This document shows positions 52,607 through 64,000 of a stretch of DNA of 64,000 bases, one piece after another; within the stretch, counting starts at the first letter, position 1; each line of letters starts with the position of its first letter. A model generated the notes under the pieces. The model worked only from the letters and a program-made list of their open reading frames with translations, was not told the origin of the DNA and searched no databases. Source of the stretch: Marsupella aquatica (Eukaryota; Plantae; Marchantiophyta); NCBI GenBank assembly GCA_973895155.1, contig OZ316891.1:14167037-14231036 (forward strand). The letters are read 5' to 3'. The position numbers and the translations under genes were made by a program.

Positions 52607-53003
52607 GGCCTTGGTCAGTTGGCCAGAGGACGAGGCTAGAACTGAGAGGTCCCAGGTTCAATCCTCCCTCCACACGCAAGGGGTGTGGAGGGTATCTGTG
52701 TGTTTGTGGGTGGGGTGTAATGGTGGGAGTATTGATTATCCCCTCAGCCCCTGGCTGCCTGCTTGGGGGTTCTGGTTTAATCCTCTCTCCTTCCTGATCC
52801 GGTCCCTATCGGATCCATGGGTATTGTCCCCTTGTGGCTACCCTACATAGAAATGTATGCTTTAGAGCAAGACGTCTATCCTCTGTTGGATGGGAGCTGC
52901 GTGTGTGTGGGTATTGTCCCCTGTTGGATCCATGGGTATTGTCCCCTTGTGGCTACCCTACATAAACATGCATGCTTTAGAGCAGGACGTCTATCCTCTG
53001 TTC
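52607..53003 (+). mobile_element. SINE-like element with tRNA-derived head and duplicated 3' segment
   Basis: A-box-like TGGTCAGTTGG and B-box GGTTCAATCC at tRNA-like spacing, but no complete cloverleaf. Downstream, GGATCCATGGGTATTGTCCCCTTGTGGCTACCCTACATA...GACGTCTATCCTCTGTT occurs twice (~52811 and ~52926). Confidence 0.5.
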
Positions 53004-53034
53004 GGGATGGGCCTCAACATAAACAAACTCCCAA

Positions 53035-53161
53035 CCAAATTAATACATGGATACAAAAAATTCAAAGTTTGTTTTTAGAGGAGGACGTCTATCCTCCTTT
53101 CGGTTTTCAAGGCAAACAAAAAAAAAACTTTGAATTTTTATGTATCCATGTATTAATTTGG
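53035..53161. repeat. Inverted repeat, ~40-bp arms
   Basis: CCAAATTAATACATGGATACAAAAAATTCAAAGTTT pairs with AAACTTTGAATTTTTATGTATCCATGTATTAATTTGG, with a single 1-nt indel. Confidence 0.85.
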
Positions 53162-54139
53162 AATAGTCTTAGGATATCATAATTTGGTTTTAACAACCCC
53201 ATCCTTTCTTATAAGTCTCAAAATAGTATTCAAAATACCCTAATATCCATACACATAAATTTTTTAATTCTTCTTTTAGAACCAATAACATGAATGTATG
53301 CTTCATGGCATATGATGTACTATTTCTGTGGAAGTGAAAAACACAAAATAAAAAATATAGATTATAGAAAGAATACATCAAATAGTATATTTTGTGACTA
53401 AGAACCTGATATAAAACATTCCCATCTCACCTGAGTATTTAACAACAGTCAGAGGAAGTCTTGCAACACTGCCCATGCCATAGAAAATAATACTCACCTT
53501 AGCAATCTCCAGATTGATTAGTACTGGGGAACTAGAGCGCCCGCTAGAACAAGAGTTTTCATTCCGACATAGCAGCAGCACAATCTCCTCTCTGTTGCAA
53601 GTGCATTCCAAATGAGTTTTACATGGGCTCACGAGGGCGTGTCAAAGCCCCTATGGAGTCCACAGTTTCAAGCAGCCCAGAATAGACAAGCTCAAAGTTG
53701 TGTTCATTGGTCCTTTGGCCTTCTCTGGGGCCTCCTTTGGGAGGACATGGTTTTGGCACAATTTCTTGATAATGCCTTTACAATATTATTGAGCAGGCTT
53801 TCCTTTCCAAAATGATCAGAAGTATTTGCCCAAGACAGAGGAAGCAACATAACCCATGCATGAAATGCAGAGAGTGCAAATGTTAAGTTGTAACTGTATC
53901 TCTTTCAGTTTACTGCCTTGTATCCTATCGCATGACACAGAATATAGACAATTAAACTGTTCATTCTTCCTATTGGGATCCAAAAACTGTGAAGATTTTG
54001 ATCAACGTAGAGGGGGGGAAGTGGTCCCCACCTTGGGTGAGTTTGTGCAATAGTTGCTTGCATGGCCACATTTGAATTTACCAGTCAGATGCCATTGCTA
54101 TGAAGGCCTCCACCTCTAGTGTTCACCTCATTGGCGAGG

Positions 54140-54326
54140 GATTTGCTTAATGGGACCCCAAAATGACTTGTGTTACTTGATAACACCCCTGAAGTTTTGG
54201 GTACTTTGATTCAAGGTCAATCAAGATTCTGGATCATTCAGGGGTCCTATTAAGTACAAGGGTCTGAATCATTCAGGGGTCTTTATTAAGTAACACGTTT
54301 TATTTTGGGGTCCCATGAAGTAAATC
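54140..54326. mobile_element. MITE-like foldback element with ~55-bp imperfect TIRs
   Basis: Left arm GATTTGCTTAATGGGACCCCAAAATGA..GTGTTACTTGATAA..ACCCCTGAA; the right arm reverse-complements to GATTTACTTCATGGGACCCCAAAATAA..GTGTTACTTAATAA..ACCCCTGAA. Confidence 0.72.
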
Positions 54327-54413
54327 AGTGGAGTGGAGTGGAGTGGAGTGATTTGTGTTATGCACTACTCTAGGATGAGCCTACAATGCAGGCTGGGCCA
54401 GGCAGCAGGCATG

Positions 54414-54544
54414 GGACCTATGTCAAGCTCTTCAATGCATGCTTGGTCACAAGTAAGCAACACTCGGACCAAGCTACAGGGACCCATGTCAAGCTTTTAG
54501 TACTTTCTCGGCCACAAGCAAGCAACACTCGGACCAAGCTACAG
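54414..54544. repeat. Tandem duplication, ~65 bp x 2
   Basis: GGACC.ATGTCAAGCT...CACAAG.AAGCAACACTCGGACCAAGCTACAG occurs twice. Confidence 0.85.
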
Positions 54545-55359
54545 TGGTTGGAACAAGTTTAGTGCCAGTTGAAGAGTTTGTTCAGGAGGCCCACGACAAT
54601 CTTGGAGAGTAATTTTCTTCGTTGTATATATCTCACTGTCAGCAACGATGGATTTTGTGCATCATCGATCTGGCTCGTGATCTTGATCTCGCTGCCGGAT
54701 TGTCTGCTTTAATCTCACATATCGCTTGATTAATTAAGACCTTTCTGTGAAAAAGATAAGCATCGGTTTGTGCAAAAGATAGTTTCTTGTTTTTAATATC
54801 TGATTTTTCTCCCAAGTATGTGGAGAATTCCTCTATTGATGTAGAGCTCTATGAAATAAAGACGGGAATACTTTATGAAAATCAATGACTTGCAACATAT
54901 GTATAAGTTACCTTTTACTCTTGGCAATCTTTTGATTATTATAGTTACAGAATTTTGTAAGACAACCTAGCCTACGTAAGGACTCAATAAAAAGCTCCAG
55001 CCGTGCATTGCAAAGCACTTGGCGTTTATGGTGCGAGTCAGAGCTCATGGCAGTTTGGGTAAACTATTTTCTCATCAATCGTTCCAGCATCAGCAGATGT
55101 AATTTGATATTGTTCTTAGGTGTGCGTAGATGCACAACATCACTAAGGATAGAGGACAAGGGAATCTCCCTATATCTTGAACCAGTGACAACAAAATGAA
55201 ACAAAGAGTAGAAGCAAAAAGGTCCCAAGTCTCAAAAGATACTAATTCTGCGGTGCTTTCTCGTGCAACGGAACTCCTTGGCGTTTCCTTAGATGTCATA
55301 ATGCAGGATGACCCTACTGTAGGTCTTCCACTCATCCAGCTTTTGTTGCCATGCTTAGC

Positions 55360-58300
55360 TTAAGTTACAGCCGTTCTTTTCAGCAGGGACTTGATAGTTC
55401 CGCCAACCTCTTCTCCAAAATCCTCCTGTGCATGATGACCGACCTACAAACTCGGAAAAGAAAGATTAGAAGAGAGGATTGTTACGCCATGCAACATACA
55501 TATTAAATAACGTTGCTATCACTGGAGAGGAGAACTAGATATACCTCTGGAAGTTGGACAAGTCGCGCTCTAGATAGCTTTGAGAAGTCCTCTATTCCTT
55601 TGAAGTCTAGCCACCTATCTTTTAGACCCCAGATGATAGAGATGGGTTTTGTCCATCGATCTGAGGTCAGAGTCTCTCTCAATGCAGAAATGGATCCCTG
55701 TCAAATCCAGTTTGATTTTGATCACTCCCATGACGACTTCAACTGAGTCGCCCTCACATTAGAAGCTTAGAATAGACAAAAACTGGTGACGGACTGAAAA
55801 GAGACAATCTTGGGTTGCACCAAAATCGGTGGTACAATAAAGAACTCTTAGCTATGGTGCTGTATGGCACGTCCTCCATTTAGAACGATCACTTGTGCTG
55901 AGAAAATCTGTTTAAACTAATCCCAAAATAGGGAGCAACAAACCTTCAGTTCTGATTTCATGACACGGCTGAGAGCAGTTAGTGCAAAACCGGAGGAGCC
56001 TGAGGTCAAGTATGGTCTTCGATAAACCTCTGCGTCCTCCTCATCCAGAATATATGGGCCACACTCTGTCAGGGGTTTGTCGCTGGCCTTCAAAGGGTCC
56101 TGTATGACAAACCCAACAGTCTGGCATTGGTAGTGTTGTAAAAGAACTACTGGGAGAATCACCTACAGGCCAATTGCATCTCTGCCTTTGCAAAGATGGA
56201 AGAAAAAAAAGTCAGTTGTAGGACTCTTTTTCACTCAATTCATAAATCAGGACGGTCTGAAATTTCAATGTTCAAGTGGACTCGGGTAACCAGCCTTAAA
56301 TAATTGTGAAAGCTTACGGAACATCACCTCGCACCTGGGCATATATGTCTCCAAGAAGGAAAGTTGAAAATGCTGACAGTGCTGATGGGAGTTTTGAATG
56401 TTTCTCTGTCACCTTAAATATTTCACAAAAACGAACAACGGGATTTTGCCACATGAACTTGACCTTGACTTTTTGCAAAATTTTAACTGAACTCAACTCG
56501 GAAAGCAACGTAGCTCCTATCTTCTGTCCTGAAAGTTTGCCTTGCAATTGGTAGGAAACTTATTAAAGAACAATCTGCAAGGATGGATGTTGCCTTTCAA
56601 GAACACTTTTGATACGGCATCAGTTAGACCTAACACTCTAGAAAGATAAGGCACATATGAAGGTTTTGCTTTCCTTACAGGTGGGTTGACCAAAATAAGA
56701 TGATCAACTTTTGTCAGGTTTGCCTTTGCAAACTGGACCGCTGCAGGTGCAAAATAGCCCTAAAGACTTACACATCACAGAAATTTGACAGTTTGTCAGG
56801 TGATCTTCACAACAACATAAGATAAGTCCACATGCAATTCAAACAGCATTCTCTTTGTAGAACAGCTTGTCACTGGAGTACAGTACCACGTCAGAACCTG
56901 CATACTTAATAGATTTAGCGAGGTAAAAATAATCTGCCGAACAAGCCCCCAAGACAATCTGCATTGACTAGCCTTACAGTGACTACTTTACCACTTTTAC
57001 TATGATGGTCGATGCAGGTCATTAGCAAATGTAATATTATGTGGCACTACCTGTTACTTGTGACGTGTTCTCAGTCCCATTGGTTGACAACTCTTTAAGA
57101 GTGATGGTACCTTACCTGGACTACCAATGTAAATGTCTTCAGGTCAAGTGCATCAATCAGCAGAGCAAGACCTGCTGCATATTCTGCAATCATAGACCAT
57201 CACAGTCTTTCTGGCCTTGATCTGGAAAGACCTAGTATGCACAGTGAAATGAAAATACTGCAGTGGAATAAAATTTGGGTTTATTCTCCATACCATCCGC
57301 TGTATAGTTGAATCCATACTTTACTTGAGGCTTATCCGAGAAGCCAAATCCTGCTATTCATGAACAGCCACGTGTGAGATATTTAAATCCCAAGGATGTT
57401 TTTGAAATCGATTTTCAACTCCAGCTGGGAAACTAAGCAGCTACGTTGACCTCGTATATCCTTTAGATGCGAGGTGTGAGGGAAAGCATCGTCATACCCG
57501 TGAGCCGAGCTTCACAAAATTGCTTACGTCCAAAGCAAACGAGATAGAGATTGTCTAGTAGCTTCCAGACTTTTCAATATACAAACGCATCAATATAATT
57601 TCTAATGGTAGTAGAGGGCTACAATACAGAAATTGCAGAGTGAGCAGTTATTCGGTACCTAACCAATCGAAGGCAACCACATGATAGTCAGCAGATAACA
57701 ACTGCATCACTTTCCGATAGGAGTATGCCTTGTAAAAACCAAACAACAGTCGATTAGATAGCAAACAACGATAATATCTGCGAAAACAATCTCACACTTT
57801 GCTGTTATCTTCAATCTCATACAATTTTCCCCGTTGTTCCTTGTGACTCCACCAATGTACATTCATAAGTTCTTGCAAAGAGCCCAGCTCTGGCCAGGTC
57901 CTGCTTACAAGGCAGCAAGACATGTCACTCAGTACCTGCCAAATCTAATCGTATATCGCGACCCTTTGTGAAACTCGATTTTCATTACATTCAGAAGGCT
58001 CCGTATTAGTGTCTATACCTGGGAAGGGAAACCATGGAGCAGTAATACGGAAGGCTTGTTTCGATCTCCTTCTTCGACATAAAACCATCTTCAACGAAGG
58101 CCCAGGTTCAGACCAGTGTTCTGAAAATCACTTCTTCACCGAGCCCACAAAAGAGGAAATTCCCGCAAAAAACACTATTTGCAAAACTGCATGGGCAACA
58201 AGATCACCTGAAGAAATCATTCGATGTTTGTGATGCCTCGCCCATAGGAAGTCCAAACACCGGATCCTTGGCTTTCGCCAAGCCCCCTTCAATTGGGTAA

Positions 58301-58929
58301 GCTTTTGCCTGGAAACTCAACAACCATTCACAAAAGGCATTAAGAAAATGGCGACATTCTATCAAATTTGTTATTGAACTTCAACTGAGTTACAACCGAA
58401 ATGTAGTGTGAGAGGTGTTATGACACAAGAACTGTCCACTCACCATTTTTCCACTCTTGAACCATTCAGCTCCTCGTCCCACATCATCGGAGTATTTTCC
58501 TGGATGGCCACAAGAACGAAGATGCGTTCCAGCATTGACCCATAAATCTTACGGGGCTTGTGTGGTCTTAACATTTCATCAAGCGAGGCTCACAGCTATT
58601 GCAATGCCAGCGAAATGAATCCGATAATCAGGTTATAATTTCGGGGGTTGGAACTTCTCCAACAACGCGCTGCCCCAGCCACCGGTCATTTCCAGCAGTT
58701 CTAGTTTCAACGGCAGGTTGGAGAGATCTACGGATACCTGCAGTATGCGTTCCAAAGTGGTACCGTTCCGTGCCCGCAGTCCATCAACTCTATGGGCAAA
58801 GACTCGAGGCGCCTACATTCTATAAAGAGACGGCAAGGCAATGCAGCGAAATGAATCGTGGAGAGCTGACTCACCTCCAGTGAAAGAGAACCCATCTCCT
58901 ACTGAAACTGGCGCGTCCACCAAATAACC
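55360..58929 (-). CDS. Alpha/beta-hydrolase fold protein, haloalkane-dehalogenase-like plant family (resembles Arabidopsis At1g52510); at least 12 exons, N-terminal exon(s) not resolved
   Basis: GT-AG exons: 58929-58875 (GYLVDAPVSVGDGFSFTG), 58499-58444, 58308-58208, 58088-58019 (WFYVEEG..VLLLHGFPSQ), 57728-57659 (AYSYRKV..AFDWL), 57350-57294 (GFGFSDKP), 57183-57116, 56759-56679, 56412-56335, 56099-55944 (DPLKASDK..YRRPYL), 55697-55545 (IIWGLKDRWL), 55443-55360 (VGHHAQED..stop). Frames join without stops. The start codon lies upstream of 58929. Confidence 0.9.
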
Positions 58930-61038
58930 CTGCAGAAGAAGGTTTTTTCCGTTTAGCCCTTCGCTTGTACGGTATTGTATCTTCCCTCATCCTTCCTTGC
59001 TTGCCTCGTTTGGGTTGCATGCATAGTTAGACACGATTCACAGCTTGCCTTGGCTACAGTACATCTACGCAAGTGCCTTCCAGATGTGTTCTTGGCAAGG
59101 TCATTAATGCACAAGTCTCTAATTCATGTATGTGCTGTGAATTTGGCTGGGGCAATGAAGCAAATCAGCATACATAAGGATATCAGACGCACTATAGCGA
59201 ATCAACGGCATGGCATGGCGTCTTCAAGGCCTTCAACATTCATACGCTACAAGGGCCGTGAGAATGTCTTTCTGGCCTTAGAGGCATGGCATATTGCATT
59301 TGGAAAAGCTATTGGACCTGTGGGTAGACGAACCGAAACAATGTGGTCCACATGAAATGTCTGTCTCCACGATTTGGATGTACAGTTGATTGAAGAGCTG
59401 CATAGAATTCCTGCCCAGTGCTATCTATGCCCTTTCGCTTACATTTGATTCTGGGTATTATTTCCTAGGCTGACAACTTCCTTCCTTCTATGAAATCCTT
59501 AGAATTCCCCTAAAAAATAAAGCAACTGATCACATCGTGAACACAGCAGACTTTGGTTGTTTTGTTGTTCGATGTCCTCACTAAGTCTAGTGCCCCTTTG
59601 TGAGGGATGCGGTTGGCATGTAGTCAATTTGAGTTTTACCTTGATTCCAGGTCCCTGCGAGAGTTTTATGAGTCACAATCAAAATTTCAATCGATTCAAA
59701 GAGAAGGCTCCAGAGGAGTGAGGGTGGAGATTCAAGTCAAGAACAGGCGTAGGGAATGGAAGAGAAAAACAGTGTGATAACTGTGGATCATGCTACTAGA
59801 TTACAGCACCGGGATGTACTTCAATATGCCACGCGTTCGTGGACTAGCTGACAGCAGTTGGACACCCGAGGCTCTGTCATCTGGGAAATGATGCAACGGA
59901 GGTATTGCAGCTGGTTGACACCGGGTCAAAAGGACGATCGTTATGAGGCACTCGGAATGGGTGCGAAGAATGCCACGAGAATTGAAAGAAGGATCTTCAA
60001 CGGTAAACATCACAGGCAGGCCCTGCAATCTTACTTGAATCTTCACAATTCAGATTATCCGTCAATTCAATTTCATGAGAAGGACAGTGCCAGTCATGAG
60101 GAAAACAGGTGCTTTGCCTTCACCGGCATGGCATTCCCACCCAACCTGACTCGAGCTATTATAAAGCACGCTACTACCCATAATGTTTCATAGCCTTCGT
60201 GAAAAGAGATGTCCATGCATCATCCAACAGCAGGGGAACGAATACCCACGTCCTCATCATCGTCCACATAAATTGCGCGTGTCGAAAACCTTCGTTGGTT
60301 GTCAATCAACCCATTCGGTCCCTTCCTGTGGGTGGAGGTCGAGGAGCGCTGCCATTTATGGAGATTCAACGAAACAGCAGAGTGAATGAAGGTAGACCGG
60401 CGGCTACGTCCACCTTTGGCAGCCGACTCAGAGGAGACCACAGCTCCGACTCGCAGACTTCTAATTTGCACAATACTACTAGCCATGACCATCCTCCTGT
60501 TCGTCAATTGGGTCCAGCTTCGCTCATTCTTCTACAGAGTGGCCCAATTCGCTCTGATCACATGTTCGTTGATAGGAGACGATCGGGGACGGTTAATTAA
60601 AGAAGCAGACCATCAACCACATTTCCACCTCCTTAATTAACATACTAAGGGTAGCACTTTCACGGTGACTTTATCAGTTCCCTTCCAGTTCTCCTGTGAA
60701 GTCCATTAATATTTAGTCAATCATTTCCTTCTCCGAGTCTTATATGATCCGAGAATTTAGTGATCTTGCACACAATTTAGTGATCTTGCAGAGAATTCAC
60801 GTTTAAGTCAGACGTTAGTCCATTATTCTTATCTCACATTAGTCCTTTACGCCCTAATCTCTAAATGTTCATTGGGATGTATCGCATCATATGGATGTCA
60901 GATTGGGCGTTAAGGAGGACTGATGCCTATCATGTGGCTGTCGACGATTGTTGAAGGAGGTATCAAGCCGAATCTATCTATTTATAAGTATATATCTAAC
61001 TAATAAATAATAAGTCCTGATAGAAAGCTATTTCCTGG

Positions 61039-61640
61039 GGCTACTGTGGAGAGTGAAGCCTAGCTAGGGGGACTCTAAGTGCAGGCATAATGGAAAGTGA
61101 GGGTGGAGACAAAAGGGAGGGATGGGCAATTATGAACACCAAAATAAAGGGGAATTGTTTTCCTGCAAGGTTTGTTTTTCTCCTCTTCTCTCTATTTAGG
61201 TTCAAGGAACTGGTAATAAGGCTAGTGTATGGCAGGACAATGAAAAGCTGCTGCTTGGGCCTACTGCCTAGACTGAAGCTATGACTAATAACGACATAAT
61301 TGAAAGTGAGAGTGCAGACAAAAAGGGGTAGACTTGAATCTAAGGGCATAGCTGAAAGTGAGACTAGAGAAATCAAGGATGACATAGATGAATGGGATAT
61401 AGTAAGGAGAGAGACTGGAAGGACATAATCTAAAGCGAGAGTGCACACAAAAAACAAGGACACGGGTAGACTGTGACTCGAAGGGTGTGATTGAAAGTTA
61501 TGGTGGAACAGAACACAAGAATTGAAAGTGAGGGTGCAACAGGCAACAAGGATAGGGCGAAGACAAATGGGAAATAGCAAGGAACAGTTTTTTTGCAAAG
61601 TCTTTTTTTTTATGACCGCTGGCATCTTAGATTATGTTCA
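61039..61640 (+). mobile_element. Hairpin-end family, one diverged copy followed by tandem partial copies
   Basis: GAGAGTGAAGCCT start; GTTCAAGGAACTGGTAATAAGGCTAGT at ~61200-61227; a second body segment TGAAAGTGAGGGTG...GAAATAGCA...TTTTGCAAAG...TATGTTCA at ~61520-61640. Confidence 0.5.
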
Positions 61641-64000
61641 TTTTCGCTAGTTTTTTTCTTTTATTGCAAATTTCTGAATTTTAAGAGTAATTTGGAGAAA
61701 GTTTTGTTATTGCTCTATGGGAGGATTTACTCTTCTGGGTTCTCCAATCAGTGCTCGGTTCTGACTTCAGCTTTTGCTGTTCTACTCGAGAATTATCCCG
61801 GGAATAATCTCTATTTCAGAAGCCCTGTTAAACCTACTCGTCATCTGCATTACACTTCCACAATTTAAATGCTCACAGGGCTGGTTTGGTAGTTGTCTAG
61901 TTTTTAGACACGCTTTCCCTGTAGGGGGTGCAACTATAAACCCCATGAAGCCAACAGAAATGTGTGTGCATCCTATAGGTATCTTCGATTGGCAGCTAAA
62001 AGTGACATTAAAGAAGAAGGAACGGCCAGATCATGAGCAGTCCTTGGACAGGATTTGCAAACGGTTGTGAGGCTTGATGGTGGTACAATTTTGCTAAGGT
62101 CTCAGAATTATAATATGTCGTTGTGTGCATTCGACTAACTGAATTGATAACAAGAGCAAATCCCGAACAATTTCTAGGATTCTACGGAATCCTTACAGAA
62201 ATAGTGAAATGCAGAAATCAATGATGCGTACTCAAAGTCTAAAGCACTAATATCCCTGATAAGAATTACTTTTTAGAATTTCAACATTTGTCAACGAGAA
62301 AAATGAGTAGTGGATGTACAAAACGAATTGAGTGTAATTCTTCACTGACCCCCTGTCTGTTCAATTGATGGTGGATAGCAGACCTTGCCATTTGTTTTGT
62401 TGAGGTCCCTTAAACAATCTCAATGGCTGAGATGATTCCTGTCTGTTTGGAGATTTGAGGATGGGATTTGGGGTCTTGATAGTCTTGATTTTATCTCTCA
62501 ATTTTATCGCCTTTGAGAGACAGAAAATGACGTGAAAGATGGGATCCTCTGGACGCACTCAATCTTCTAGTAACATTTCGGCCACACTGTGAGGCGGATA
62601 TCAGTAATGTCGTGATGGTCACAGCCTTGGGCAAGGTTAAAATCTGCCTATGCATGCTCAGAATATCCGAAGTAGTGGAGCTGAATGAAACATGTTCTGT
62701 GCAACACACTGTCAAAGGCTACCAGGAAAGCTCACAAAAATAACCAAGTTATTGTGCAGACGAAAGGAGTCGAAGAGAATTGTCTAATCACATGCAATAG
62801 AACTGCTTGAATCTCTCTAGTCCCGCTTTCAATCAACCGACAACAATCTTATAGACTTTGTCTTGATATTTGTTTCAAGACTCTACTAGAGCACTCCATA
62901 AGGGAATGCCTTGATCAAACTAACCGTGTTGAAGATTTTGAGAAACCTCTGGCCTGAGCACTGCCATCCAATATGAAAGAAGCAAGCGAGTCGATGGAAG
63001 CTAGCGCAGCTGGGATCTCCTGAGATTTTGGAGCAAAGCAGAATCAGACAGTCATGTTCCGGGCGCAGTCAAAGATGTATACACGACCAAACAAATGTTG
63101 TGATTGAGAGACACAGCAAGTATGAGCTTCATCTGGGCCAACGATCTACTCCCTGTGTCCTAAAAGAAGGTTCAGCAAACCATGGTCAGGAAAGGAGACA
63201 TGCACACATATAAGTGAGTGGGAGTACAGAATACCTCCTATAGGGCAAAGTAAGTATTGAGAGAAAGAGTCTCAACAAGGAGCCAAACAATTCAAATCAG
63301 ATGAGATCAACTATGGCAAGGACATGGAAGCTTCTCGACTGGCCAAATATCAGAAACCCCTTCATCTTTCCAGATTCCTTTCATATTTCTCATCCTAACC
63401 GGGTAAGAAGTAAAAGAGGACTCACCCAAGGAGGGTCCTTGCTGCCACAATACCAAGACTTGGCGCTCCAGCCCACTCAAATTGCCAAAGCACTTCCAAA
63501 ACTAGAGCCTGCTCGCCCAACCCGTACTCTGATTAGCCCGAGAACTAAATCTGGTATACTCTAGTGGCATATAATTATCGTCGTGCAGATAAATGGTCCC
63601 CCAGTCGGTCACTTTTTCTTATAGACTGGTACATTCAGATGCGCTGGGATGCCAGAGCTCATGTACAAACACAAGGCAAATAATGAAGGCCTGCCATTTT
63701 CTAGAATTATATCATGGCTACCCAGTCCCAATGCTTGGTTCATTTGAGTGAACTCCAGTGGTCGTCCCTAGATTGGCCCCAAAAACCTAATTTCAACCGA
63801 AGCACTTTTGGCTACAGTTTTGAAACCTGGGTCGCATCAACGAATATTTACAACAAACTGGACTTCAGAAATAATCTGCAGCGCAAAGTAGTCGACAGCA
63901 AACAATTTGGCTCCACATTTGGTAGCCAAAGGCTCGGTCTCAGCCTCAGTAGTGAACTACCCTATTGACTGGAATGTCTATGCTCAATTTGTGAAATCAC

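Noticed and set aside
52607-52680. Functional tRNA gene
   Set aside because: A- and B-box-like motifs are present, but I could not fold a proper acceptor/anticodon cloverleaf; treated as a SINE-like head.
54463-54545. miR166-like TCGGACCAAGCT
   Set aside because: The match is limited to the 5' half and sits in a direct duplication, not a foldback.
58975-60600. First (transit-peptide) exon of the alpha/beta-hydrolase
   Set aside because: Several candidates exist, but none gave an unambiguous ATG-to-donor frame; left unresolved.
62949-63021. LRR-like exon EIPAALASIDSLASFILDG on the minus strand
   Set aside because: Single isolated unit lacking the conserved Asn; I could not link it to neighbouring exons in frame.

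Overview
Eukaryotic land-plant genomic DNA, probably a non-seed plant (inferred from gene style, not demonstrated), with GT-AG introns and repeat-rich intergenic space. Four protein-coding genes could be spliced by eye: (1) a C2-domain protein with a long Pro/Ser/Tyr/Gly-rich tail (+, 2013-5703); (2) a KH plus CCCH zinc-finger RNA-binding protein with four fingers (+, 15555-17481); (3) a DUF506/PD-(D/E)xK-like protein (-, 34083-31934); (4) a multi-exon alpha/beta-hydrolase of the haloalkane-dehalogenase-like plant family (-, at least 58929-55360, 5' exon unresolved). Mobile DNA includes two closely related 5'-truncated non-LTR retrotransposons with a CCHC knuckle and restriction-like endonuclease (CRE-like), a solo LTR with a near-perfect 5-bp TSD, several MITE-like foldbacks and a tRNA-headed SINE-like element. 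There is also an abundant unclassified ~230-bp family (8 or more copies or fragments) with a perfect terminal hairpin at one end and CTAG-T at the other, possibly a non-autonomous rolling-circle element. No CRISPR array, rRNA or intact tRNA gene was seen. All family assignments come from motif recognition, with no database search.
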